Notes under the pieces: generated by a model | What the model was told of the DNA's origin: nothing | Database searches by the model: none | Seen by the model: only the letters and a program-made list of their open reading frames with translations | From: Polyangiaceae bacterium | GTDB lineage: Bacteria > Myxococcota_A > Polyangia > Polyangiales > Polyangiaceae | Assembly (NCBI GenBank): GCA_044376115.1 | Contig: JBILLK010000021.1 | Span: 64,001 to 128,000, forward strand | Direction: 5' to 3' | DNA: 64,000 nucleotides | Shown here: positions 1-8,028 of the stretch, one piece after another | Layout of the letters: every line of letters begins with the position of its first letter | Numbering within the stretch: position 1 is the stretch's first letter | Translations under genes and position numbers: made by a program

Positions 1-364
1 TGGCGTGGCTGCAGCGGGAGCGCTCGCGCTCACGTTGGGGAAACCGGAGGTGCGCTCGGCGACCGCGCTCGAGCCGGCACCAAACGCGGGCGCGCCCCAT
101 GACGTCGTTGGTTTGGCCTCTGCGCCGAGCGAGCCAAGCGCGATCGCCCAAAGCCCCGAGCCGCGCATCGAGGTGGTTCCGAGCACTGCCGTTGCTCCGA
201 GCGCGGCCCTCGCACCGAGCGTGGTGTTGGCTGTGGATACGCCGCTTCCTTCCGCGCAGCCCTCCACCAGGGCCACGCCTCAACGGCCTGCCGGGGCGAG
301 CTGCGACCCGCCGACGTGGAGGGATAAGAACAACCGACTGGTGCCAAAGCCGTATTGTCTTTGA
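1..364 (+). CDS. 3' end of a protein, probably a membrane Ser/Thr kinase (partial)
   Basis: Hydrophobic stretch, Pro/Ala/Ser linker and terminal CDPPTWRD...PKPYCL, resembling the C-terminal motif of Polyangiaceae kinases; the kinase domain would lie outside the window. Confidence 0.45.
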   Translation, partial: GVAAAGALALTLGKPEVRSATALEPAPNAGAPHDVVGLASAPSEPSAIAQSPEPRIEVVPSTAVAPSAALAPSVVLAVDTPLPSAQPSTRATPQRPAGASCDPPTWRDKNNRLVPKPYCL

Positions 365-420
365 CTTGAGTTGTGGTGCGCGCAATCGGCTTTGGCCCAT
401 GCGATGCTAGCGAGGCGCCT

Positions 421-1476
421 GTGCTTCCCTCGAACCCAGCCCCGCTGACTCGCGTCCTGGCCGCTCCCCTGTGGGCTCTGCTCAGCGCAGCCTGCGCACT
501 GCCATTTCCCGAATACGACCTGGCCACGGGCGGCGCATCGACCAGCGGCGGCGCGCCGACCACTGGCGGCTCGGAAACCACGGGTGGCTCCTCGAGCACG
601 GGCCTGCTCGAACCCAACGGCGCTCCCTGCGAAACCGGCGCTCGCTGCGAGAGCGGCAACTGCCTACCGGATGTCAGCGGCGAGCTCATTTGCTGCGCCG
701 TCGACTGCGCGATCGAAGAACCTGAAAGCTGCGGCACCACCGGCCAATGCTTCAACGGTACCGAGTGCGTGCGCTACCCGGACAACTTGGTGTGCAACCC
801 GATGGAGACCTGCGATGGCTCCACGAGCTTCAGCTTCCGCTGCTTGGACGGAGCGTGCATGCCGGTGGGCGTCCCCTGCCCCAACGGCCTCAAGTGTGCA
901 CCGGGCGAACAGACCTGCTTGGATGCCTGCGCGAACGCTGCCACCGACTGCGCTGAAGCGGCGCAATGCTTCGAGGGCAAATGCCAAAAAAAACCTGGGG
1001 AAACCTGCAGCTCCAACGAGGAGTGCATCAGCGGGTTCTGCGGGTCGACCGGGGTTGGCCGTTGTTGCACCGCGTTCTGTGACGGCAGCGGCGAGACGTG
1101 CGACTTCGACTGCGACGCAGCAGGCGAATGCGTGCTCGCGCCGAGCACCACGGTGTGTAGCCCAACAGCCGTTTGCAGCGACGGAAACCAGCTTGAAGCA
1201 ACCTTCTGTGACGGCATCGGCGCGTGCGAGGCGCAGCCCGAGACACGCCCCTGCGAGCATAACCTCGCCTGCAACGGCCCCGACGCTTGCTGGAACTCCT
1301 GCGGCTCGTTCGATGCCGCGGGCGATGCACGTTGTGCCGACGGCTACTGGTGTAACAACGTCTTCTTGCCGCCGGGCGTCTTCGAGTGTGCGGAGAAGCT
1401 CAACCCGCTCCAACTTTGTAACCGCAATTCCCAGTGTAAGTCGGGGACCTGCGCGGGCTTCCTGTGCTCGCTCTGA
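421..1476 (+). CDS. Cys-rich lipoprotein
   Basis: Lipobox LSAAC, Gly/Ser/Thr linker, many CxxxxxC repeats; GTG at 421 preferred over 373, start uncertain. Confidence 0.7.
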   Translation: MLPSNPAPLTRVLAAPLWALLSAACALPFPEYDLATGGASTSGGAPTTGGSETTGGSSSTGLLEPNGAPCETGARCESGNCLPDVSGELICCAVDCAIEEPESCGTTGQCFNGTECVRYPDNLVCNPMETCDGSTSFSFRCLDGACMPVGVPCPNGLKCAPGEQTCLDACANAATDCAEAAQCFEGKCQKKPGETCSSNEECISGFCGSTGVGRCCTAFCDGSGETCDFDCDAAGECVLAPSTTVCSPTAVCSDGNQLEATFCDGIGACEAQPETRPCEHNLACNGPDACWNSCGSFDAAGDARCADGYWCNNVFLPPGVFECAEKLNPLQLCNRNSQCKSGTCAGFLCSL

Positions 1477-1489
1477 GCGCGCGGACGGC

Positions 1490-1508
1490 TTGTGTAAACC
1501 TTACCCAA
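1490..1508. promoter_or_regulatory. Palindromic upstream activator site, copy A (TTGTGTA-aacct-TACCCAA)
   Basis: Same motif at 7925-7943 and 15419-15437, each upstream of a GG-N10-GC box. Confidence 0.65.
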
Positions 1509-1568
1509 GTTGCCCCCGCGCGTTACCCAGCGCGCCGACTTCGCCCGTAGAACAGCTGTGATCGAGGT

Positions 1569-1584
1569 TGGAACGAGGACTGCA
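1569..1584 (+). promoter_or_regulatory. sigma54 -24/-12 promoter candidate TGGAACGAGGACTGCA
   Basis: GG-N10-GC spacing, close to the TGGCACG-N4-TTGCW consensus. Confidence 0.6.
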
Positions 1585-1595
1585 ATAGCGAGGGT

Positions 1596-2885
1596 GTGCC
1601 CAACCTAGCCCAAGCCCAGAATCAGCTCTTTTCGACGGCCTCCGACCTCGTTGAACTAGCGGTCCCGCTGCTTGGAGCAGCGGTCGTCTTGGCCCAAGTG
1701 ACCGGCCAGATCTTGAAGGCGACGAACCCCGACACCGGGCCGCCGGCCACCTACTACATCTCGCTGCCCAACGACCCGAGCGCGCCTGCGCCGCCGCCGG
1801 CGCCGCCGGCCGCCTCCGCGGTAACGCCGGTCGTCGGCATCGGGATGGACGGCGCGGGTGGGCTGATGCTCCAGGGCCCCGATAACGGCGTATTGCTCGG
1901 CTCATCGGCGCAGCCGGTGGCTGTCGTTGGCCTGGCGACGGTGAACGGCGCGCCGGTGCTCACCGGCAACGACACGATCCTGATCGGGCCGGGACAGCTG
2001 CCGCTCGCAGGGCAAGGCTCAGCGAGCGCTGCAGGACCGCTGCAGGATCAGTCGCCGGACAACGTGAGCATGCAAGTGAGCATGCAGATGATGGGGCCGC
2101 CCGGCGTCCACACCATCTACAACGCCTGCGGCACCGGCGGTCGCTGGGACGCCGACTTCACAGCAGAGATCGCCGGAGCTGTGAATGGCCACGGCTACTA
2201 CTGGCAAGGTGTGAGCTACCCCGCAGCGACCTTCCCGATGGGCCCGTCAGTGAAGCAAGGCATCGAAGAGATGGTGCGCCTCATCAGCGCCAAGCCCGGC
2301 ACCTTCGCGATCATGGGCTACAGCCAAGGAGCGATCGTCACGTGCAAACTCTGGCGCGACGAGATCATGAACCCGAACGGCCGACTTCACGATCGCCTCG
2401 GTGACATCTTCGCCCACGTGAGCTTCGGCAACCCGATGCGCTGCCCCGGCATCGCCAATGGCAACGGCTTGGCCGGCCTCCCGCCGCTCAAGAACGAGTT
2501 CGGCTATCTGACCGGCGGCATCGCTGGGCCCGACGATCTCACGCCCTGGCAAACGCCGTGGTGGCACGCGGACTTCGCCAAGAATGGCGACCTCTATGCA
2601 ACCTGCCCCACCGGCCCCGACCCGTGGGCGAACGAGGCACCGCCAGGCGAAATGCAGACGGCGATCTACAAGATGGTTCAGGGCGAGATCACCGGGGACG
2701 AGAGCATCATGCAACAAGTCGGCGAGATCCTCACCGATCCGTTCGGCGAGATGGTGCCGGTCATCCTCGCGCTCGTCGACTCACTGCAGTTCGTCGCCGA
2801 TACGGGCACGCACGCGTACGTCGAGTGCAAAGACGCCGCGATCAACTTCCTGCTCGATCGCGGCGCCCAAACGCCGGTGGGTTGA
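1596..2885 (+). CDS. Degenerate PAAR-like N-terminus fused to Lysin B/cutinase-like (PE-PPE-type) serine esterase; candidate T6SS effector
   Basis: YPAATFPMGPSVKQG, GYSQGAIV (Ser243), GRLH, GNPMR, KNGDLYA (Asp332) and THAY (His406) follow mycobacteriophage LysB motif order; N-terminal GVLLG..QPVAVVGLATVNGAPVLTGNDTILIG resembles a PAAR repeat. Confidence 0.75.
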   Translation: MPNLAQAQNQLFSTASDLVELAVPLLGAAVVLAQVTGQILKATNPDTGPPATYYISLPNDPSAPAPPPAPPAASAVTPVVGIGMDGAGGLMLQGPDNGVLLGSSAQPVAVVGLATVNGAPVLTGNDTILIGPGQLPLAGQGSASAAGPLQDQSPDNVSMQVSMQMMGPPGVHTIYNACGTGGRWDADFTAEIAGAVNGHGYYWQGVSYPAATFPMGPSVKQGIEEMVRLISAKPGTFAIMGYSQGAIVTCKLWRDEIMNPNGRLHDRLGDIFAHVSFGNPMRCPGIANGNGLAGLPPLKNEFGYLTGGIAGPDDLTPWQTPWWHADFAKNGDLYATCPTGPDPWANEAPPGEMQTAIYKMVQGEITGDESIMQQVGEILTDPFGEMVPVILALVDSLQFVADTGTHAYVECKDAAINFLLDRGAQTPVG

Positions 2886-2912
2886 CCGCGCAGACCAACG
2901 AGGACCATCGCC

Positions 2913-3344
2913 ATGCTGCACTACTACGTCAACGAGGCCGCCTTCGCCCTGCCTGCACGCCCCTTCGTCGATCGCACGCTCCATCGTCTGGCAGCTCCGC
3001 TCGCTGGCAGCGCGGAGCAGCTCACGCTCGAGATCCGGCGCCTGCCGATGGTGCCGGACAAGAGCCTGCGCCAGCGCGTCGATGAGGAGCTCGCAGCGGC
3101 GCGCACCAAGGAAGACGGCTTCACGGTGGTCGAGACCGTGGAGGCCGTGCTCGACACTGCGCCGGCGCTGTTGCTGCGCACGCGCAGGCGCAAAGACGAC
3201 GCAGTTTGGCTGCGGCTCGAGGCGCACGTCGCCTTCAACGGGATCTGGCTCAGCTTCGTCGTCAGCGGACCGAGCAGCCACCGCGCGCAATGCGAGCAGA
3301 CGTTCGAGCGGCTGATCAATGGACTGCGCTGGCGTAAGGCCTAA
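2913..3344 (+). CDS. DUF1795/DcrB-related T6SS adaptor-like protein
   Basis: YYVNEAAFALP..FVDRT start, about 143 aa, C-terminal helix typical of this family. Confidence 0.7.
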   Translation: MLHYYVNEAAFALPARPFVDRTLHRLAAPLAGSAEQLTLEIRRLPMVPDKSLRQRVDEELAAARTKEDGFTVVETVEAVLDTAPALLLRTRRRKDDAVWLRLEAHVAFNGIWLSFVVSGPSSHRAQCEQTFERLINGLRWRKA

Positions 3345-3364
3345 GGCACGGAAGAAGGAAGCTC

Positions 3365-3799
3365 ATGGCGCTCTACTTTATGAATGAAGCTGTGCTCGAC
3401 CTGCCCGAGCTCGGGTTCGTCGATTCGACCATCCACGGGCTGGAAGCAAAGCTACCCGAAGAAAAAACGCTGGGCGTGCTCGTGCATCGGCGGCCGGTGG
3501 AGCAAGGAAAGGCGCTGCGCAGGCTGGTGGACGAGAACGTCGAGCTCAACCAAAAGCGCCTGCGCGCGTTCATCGTCGAGAGCGAACGCGAAGCGCTCGT
3601 GGGCGGACTACCGGGCATCCTGTCGTGCGCGCGCTGGCGCAACGAGCAGCGGGAGAACGTGCAGCTGCAGGCCCACGTCGTGGTCGAGCAAACCTGGATG
3701 ATCTTCGCGGTGAGCGCGCCGCTCGAGGAGCGCCGAGCTTGCGAGGAGACCTTCAGCGCGCTGCTCGAGACGTTGGTCTTCAACCAACAGCTCCAGTGA
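3365..3799 (+). CDS. DUF1795/DcrB-related T6SS adaptor-like protein (paralog)
   Basis: YFMNEAVLDLP..FVDSTIH; SD GAAGGA; homologous to the upstream gene. Confidence 0.7.
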   Translation: MALYFMNEAVLDLPELGFVDSTIHGLEAKLPEEKTLGVLVHRRPVEQGKALRRLVDENVELNQKRLRAFIVESEREALVGGLPGILSCARWRNEQRENVQLQAHVVVEQTWMIFAVSAPLEERRACEETFSALLETLVFNQQLQ

Positions 3800-3933
3800 A
3801 GCTCGCACAATGCGCCTCCATGCGAGAAGCGCCGTAACGCAAGGTCTCGATCACGAGCGCGCAGAACCCGCACACGAACGCAGGACCTTCACCTCGACGA
3901 CGCGAAAACCACAGCAAATCAGCCTGTTTTGCG

Positions 3934-3949
3934 TGGTTCACTCCTTGCT
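3934..3949 (+). promoter_or_regulatory. sigma54 promoter candidate TGGTTCACTCCTTGCT
   Basis: GG-N10-GC with TTGCT; the C is 13 nt before ATG 3961. Confidence 0.5.
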
Positions 3950-3960
3950 GCGTAGAGGGC

Positions 3961-5556
3961 ATGAAGCTCTTTCGCTTTCTCCTCCCATCCTTCGCCCTCT
4001 CGCTCGTCGCCTGTGAGGCCGACGACACGCCCCCGGAGGAGCAACTGCCTGTTTGTGGCAGCCAAAGTAACGAGGGCGTGCGGGTTACTGCGCTCACGCC
4101 CGAGGACGGCGCGACGCGCACGCTGCGCATGCCCTCGATTCAAGTGACGCTCAGCGACGAGGTCGACTGCGCCACCGTTACGCAGAACCAAGCGATCAAG
4201 CTCACGCGTGCTGATGCTAGCGACGCCATCCCGATCTCTGCGATCGCCTGCGCCGGCCTTCCCACGGTGCTCACCTTCTCGCCGCTCGAACCGCTGGCCT
4301 TGGTGACCGAGTACAAACTCGTGCTCGACGGTCTAGACGCCAACGGTAACGCTGTGCCCGCCTGCCAAGCAGCGTTCACTACCAAATCCAAGACGGTGCG
4401 ACTCGCTAAGGGCACCGGCTTTTCGTTGTCGCTCGATGAGGACGGCACAGTCTGGGCCTGGGGCGATCAGCTCGGAACCGCCGCCCCTACTACGGGCGCA
4501 GTACCGTCGATCGTATTGGATGATGGCGAGCGAATCGCAGCGGGCGACGGGCATGCACTTGTCGCCTTGAAGGACGGCTCACTCCATTCCTGGGGCGACA
4601 ATTACCGCGGTCAGTTGGGCGACGGTACGCAGGACAACCACGGGCTGCCTGCACAACGAGTCGAGCTTGGCTTGCCCGCGGGCGTGACCATCGTCGACGT
4701 GGCTGCCTCCGCCAATCACAGCGTGATCGCGCGCAGCGACGGCAAGGTGATGACGTGGGGCGACAATGCGTCGGGGCAACTCGGAGACGGTACGCTCGAC
4801 GAACGCAGCGGGCCCTTCGAGGTCCCCGGCTTGAGCGACATCGTGGCTGTCGCAGCCGCGCAAGGTTCGAGCGGTAGTGGCTCGACCGGCGGTGCAACCT
4901 TTGCCCTCGCAGCCGACGGAACGCTGTTCGGCTGGGGCGCCAACACCAACGGCCAACTCGCCTCCGCGCCGGGCGACCCCTACGCCGACACCCCAAGCCC
5001 AGTCGAGATCCTGGCTGGCCAAAACATCGTTGAGATCCGCGCCTATCACGACAACGTGTTCGCTCGCCTCAGCGATGGCACGCTGCTCGGCTGGGGCACG
5101 CTGCTCTCCGGCGCGACCGGCGCTGGCGTGTGCGACGGCAGCTTCCAATCGATTCCGGGACCGGTTCGCCTGACGACTGGTGGTGATGCGATCGATGAGG
5201 TGGTGAGCATCGCCGCTGGTCGCTACGCCGGGATGCTGGTCCGAGGCGACGGCAGCGTTTGGGGGTGGGGCGCCAACGTGCAAGGCATGCTGGGTGACGG
5301 CACGCTCGGTGAAACCGTTGTCTGCAACCCCAACTTCTCCTTCGACTCCACCAAGCTGAGCCCGGCGCAATGCCTCGAGGTCGGCGGCGCGGTACAGGTC
5401 GTGGCCTCGCTCGAAACGGCGCTCGTGCTCACCGGTAGCGGCGAGGTCTTTGGCGCGGGGGACAACGCCAACAATCAGCTCGGCTTAGCGGCGGACGCCG
5501 TATTGCTCGAGGGCACCGACGATGCAGCCATTTTTCAGCGCGTGCCCGGGCTGTAA
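3961..5556 (+). CDS. Lipoprotein with Ig-like domain and RCC1/BLIP-II repeats
   Basis: Lipobox LVAC; repeated WG.N..GQLGDGT motifs. Confidence 0.85.
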   Translation: MKLFRFLLPSFALSLVACEADDTPPEEQLPVCGSQSNEGVRVTALTPEDGATRTLRMPSIQVTLSDEVDCATVTQNQAIKLTRADASDAIPISAIACAGLPTVLTFSPLEPLALVTEYKLVLDGLDANGNAVPACQAAFTTKSKTVRLAKGTGFSLSLDEDGTVWAWGDQLGTAAPTTGAVPSIVLDDGERIAAGDGHALVALKDGSLHSWGDNYRGQLGDGTQDNHGLPAQRVELGLPAGVTIVDVAASANHSVIARSDGKVMTWGDNASGQLGDGTLDERSGPFEVPGLSDIVAVAAAQGSSGSGSTGGATFALAADGTLFGWGANTNGQLASAPGDPYADTPSPVEILAGQNIVEIRAYHDNVFARLSDGTLLGWGTLLSGATGAGVCDGSFQSIPGPVRLTTGGDAIDEVVSIAAGRYAGMLVRGDGSVWGWGANVQGMLGDGTLGETVVCNPNFSFDSTKLSPAQCLEVGGAVQVVASLETALVLTGSGEVFGAGDNANNQLGLAADAVLLEGTDDAAIFQRVPGL

Positions 5557-5579
5557 AGCAGGACTCGAGAAACGCTTGG

Positions 5580-6263
5580 CTACGGCTCGAACCAGGTCAC
5601 CCAGAGCTCGTTGCAGGCGAACCCATTGCCCTCGTGACAAACGAAATCGACGTGCATCGTGTCGTCGTACTCGTAGGTGTTAAACCCTGCGCGTTGATGG
5701 GTCGGCTTGCCGAACTTGGCGAGGATCTCGTCACGCTTGACCCCCAGCAAAGCAAGCCGCGGGTCGTCGACGCCGAACTGCGAATAGTCGCCGGGGTGGG
5801 CCTCGAGGTTGAAGATCCACCCCGTCGGCCGTTCAATCGTGACCACGAAAAGGAAGTCGTCGCCCGCGTTGGGTGGTCCGTCATCCGGGTCGGTGTCTTC
5901 CACCAGGCCGTAGTAGTAGGTGTCGTGCGACGACGACCCGTTGAGCCGCTTGTAGGGGGCTTCGCCGAACTTCGCGATCACGTCCTTGAGCCGGTCGCCG
6001 CGGCGCAAACCCAAAAACGAGTCGAACTCGGCGAGGCTCTTCACCGGCGGAGGCGCCTTCGCACCGGTCGGGGCCGAGGCTGTGGCGCTAGCCGAGGCAG
6101 CAATTGGCTGCGCGCTCGGCACAGGCGTTGGGCTCGCAGGCGCGCTGGAGTCAGGTGCAGGCAACACGGGCTCGCTCGTGGTCGCTGCGATCTCCGGAGA
6201 GAGTCGCGGGCAGCCAGCGGCGAGCAACACGAAGGACAGGCCAAGCAAGGGTAGAGCGCGCAA
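5580..6263 (-). CDS. Hypothetical lipoprotein
   Basis: LAAGC lipobox, Pro/Ala linker, two similar 'V/I-x-AKFG-x-P' segments. Confidence 0.65.
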   Translation of the reverse strand: MRALPLLGLSFVLLAAGCPRLSPEIAATTSEPVLPAPDSSAPASPTPVPSAQPIAASASATASAPTGAKAPPPVKSLAEFDSFLGLRRGDRLKDVIAKFGEAPYKRLNGSSSHDTYYYGLVEDTDPDDGPPNAGDDFLFVVTIERPTGWIFNLEAHPGDYSQFGVDDPRLALLGVKRDEILAKFGKPTHQRAGFNTYEYDDTMHVDFVCHEGNGFACNELWVTWFEP

Positions 6264-6390
6264 GCGGCGAGCTTAACCGAAAGGGCGGTTTCCCGCAGAG
6301 CGTCGGAACCGGAGTGCTCCGCCGTCGTCGGAATCGTGCGCTGACGTAAGCGCACCGTAAGCGGAAAGCTCGCAACAGCGTTGTAAGAGC

Positions 6391-7029
6391 ATGATTGGAA
6401 GCTCTGTCCCCAAGGTCGCTCGTTCGCTGTTCCTCGTTCTCTTGGTAGCTGGTTGCGCGCCCACCTCGGCTGCCCCAGCGGCTAGCCCTAAGGCCGACCT
6501 CGGTCCAGGGTTTGCGCTGGGCGCCGGGGACGAGATCGTGGCGAATGAAAAGCTGGCCCTCGCGCGGACGTATTGGAGCGTCGTGCGCGCGCAGGACGGC
6601 AGCCACTTCCTCTTGCCTCGGCCAGACGGCGCAGCGCCGCTCGCCCGCGAGTGCGAAGCCGGCACCCCGTTCGCAACGCAGCTCAGCGAGCACGCGCTGT
6701 GCAAAACGGCCGAGAACGAAGCGGCGGTAACGAAGGTCAACACGCTCGATCAAGCGCTCGCGCTCGAGGTGTCGACGGCGCTTCACCGCGAGCTCTTCTT
6801 CAAACGCGAAGGCGAGAGCATCACCCCCTCGCCGCTCGGTCGGGACCTGCTGGAGCTCTGTCGCAAGAACGCCGAGCTGCGCGAGGGCGCGCTGAAAGAG
6901 CGCTGCGCCGACGAAGAGAAGTACGCAGACGGCAGCGCCCGACCGGCGATCTTCCGCGCGTGGAGCGAGGCTGAGCTGGCCGCGGTCCCCAGCGCGCTGA
7001 ACGCGCTTTATGGGGTGAAAGCCCGGTAG
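6391..7029 (+). CDS. Hypothetical lipoprotein
   Basis: LVAGC lipobox; plausible coding composition. Confidence 0.6.
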   Translation: MIGSSVPKVARSLFLVLLVAGCAPTSAAPAASPKADLGPGFALGAGDEIVANEKLALARTYWSVVRAQDGSHFLLPRPDGAAPLARECEAGTPFATQLSEHALCKTAENEAAVTKVNTLDQALALEVSTALHRELFFKREGESITPSPLGRDLLELCRKNAELREGALKERCADEEKYADGSARPAIFRAWSEAELAAVPSALNALYGVKAR

Positions 7030-7064
7030 CGCGACGGCCGTGGGCGTGAAGGGACCGCAGACGC

Positions 7065-7083
7065 TGATAGTCACCAGCTATCA
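7065..7083. promoter_or_regulatory. OxyR-like LysR box TGATAG-N7-CTATCA
   Basis: Perfect 6-bp palindrome matching the ATAG-N7-CTAT half of the OxyR consensus, upstream of a peroxiredoxin. Confidence 0.55.
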
Positions 7084-7139
7084 ACATGGTCAGCATATTG
7101 TGTTGGCTCTATCGGGCGAGTGGCCCCACAGTGAGCGCC

Positions 7140-7865
7140 ATGAAGAACAGTGAGGGTCAGCGAGTTCCCGAAGTTACGTTCAAGACGCGAACCGCCGAAG
7201 GGCAGTGGAAAGACGTCACCACCTCCGAGGTCTTTGCCAAAAAGAAGGTGGTCGTCTTTTCGCTGCCGGGCGCGTTCACGCCGACCTGCTCGAGCTCGCA
7301 TGTACCGCGCTATCAAGAGCTCGTGCCGGAGTTCACGAAGCGTGGAGTCGACGCGGTGGTCTGCGTCTCGGTCAACGACACCTTCGTGATGAACGAATGG
7401 GCCAAGAGCCAACACGCCGATGACATCACCTTCCTCCCCGACGGCAACGGCGAGTTCTCCGACAAGATGGGCATGTTGGTCGACAAGCGGAACCTCGGCT
7501 TTGGTCAGCGTTCTTGGCGTTACTCGATGCTCGTCGACGATGGCGTGGTGACCAAGATGTTCATCGAGCCGGAAAAGGAAGGCGATCCATTCGAGGTCTC
7601 CGACGCCGACACCATGCTCAAGTTCCTCGATCCAAAGGCCGAGCAACCCCACGACGTGCTGCTCTTCACCAAGCCTGGTTGCAGCTTCTGCACCAAGGCC
7701 AAAGAGCTGTTGCACAAGAAAGGCTGGAACTTCGAGGAGGTCGCCGCTACTCCGCGCAACCTGCGCGCGGTGAGCACCAAGGCGTCGACGCCGCAGGTGT
7801 TCGTCGACGGGCACTACATCGGCGGGGCGCAGGAGCTCGAGGGCTTCCTGGCCAAGCTGAGCTGA
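7140..7865 (+). CDS. Hybrid peroxiredoxin (Prx5)-glutaredoxin
   Basis: [29 protein letters not shown]-terminal Grx domain CSFC...TPQVF. Confidence 0.92.
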   Translation: MKNSEGQRVPEVTFKTRTAEGQWKDVTTSEVFAKKKVVVFSLPGAFTPTCSSSHVPRYQELVPEFTKRGVDAVVCVSVNDTFVMNEWAKSQHADDITFLPDGNGEFSDKMGMLVDKRNLGFGQRSWRYSMLVDDGVVTKMFIEPEKEGDPFEVSDADTMLKFLDPKAEQPHDVLLFTKPGCSFCTKAKELLHKKGWNFEEVAATPRNLRAVSTKASTPQVFVDGHYIGGAQELEGFLAKLS

Positions 7866-7920
7866 GGTGCGGCTTGGGATAGCGCGGACCGGTCCGTGAG
7901 CCACGGTCCGCTCAGGGGAG

Positions 7921-7947
7921 CAAGTTGTGTAAAGACTTCACAACTTG
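7921..7947. promoter_or_regulatory. Palindromic upstream activator site, copy B (CAAGTTGTG-N9-CACAACTTG)
   Basis: Perfect 9-bp inverted repeat; core shared with 1490 and 15419. Confidence 0.7.
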
Positions 7948-8001
7948 TTCCTGCCGCTTGCGGGGTTCAGTTTTCCGCGGCGAAAAAAAGGGGTTTTCGC
8001 C

Positions 8002-8017
8002 TGGAACAGCGATTGCT
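8002..8017 (+). promoter_or_regulatory. sigma54 promoter candidate TGGAACAGCGATTGCT
   Basis: GG-N10-GC with TTGCT; the C is 13 nt before ATG 8029. Confidence 0.65.
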
Positions 8018-8028
8018 CCTCGTGAGGC

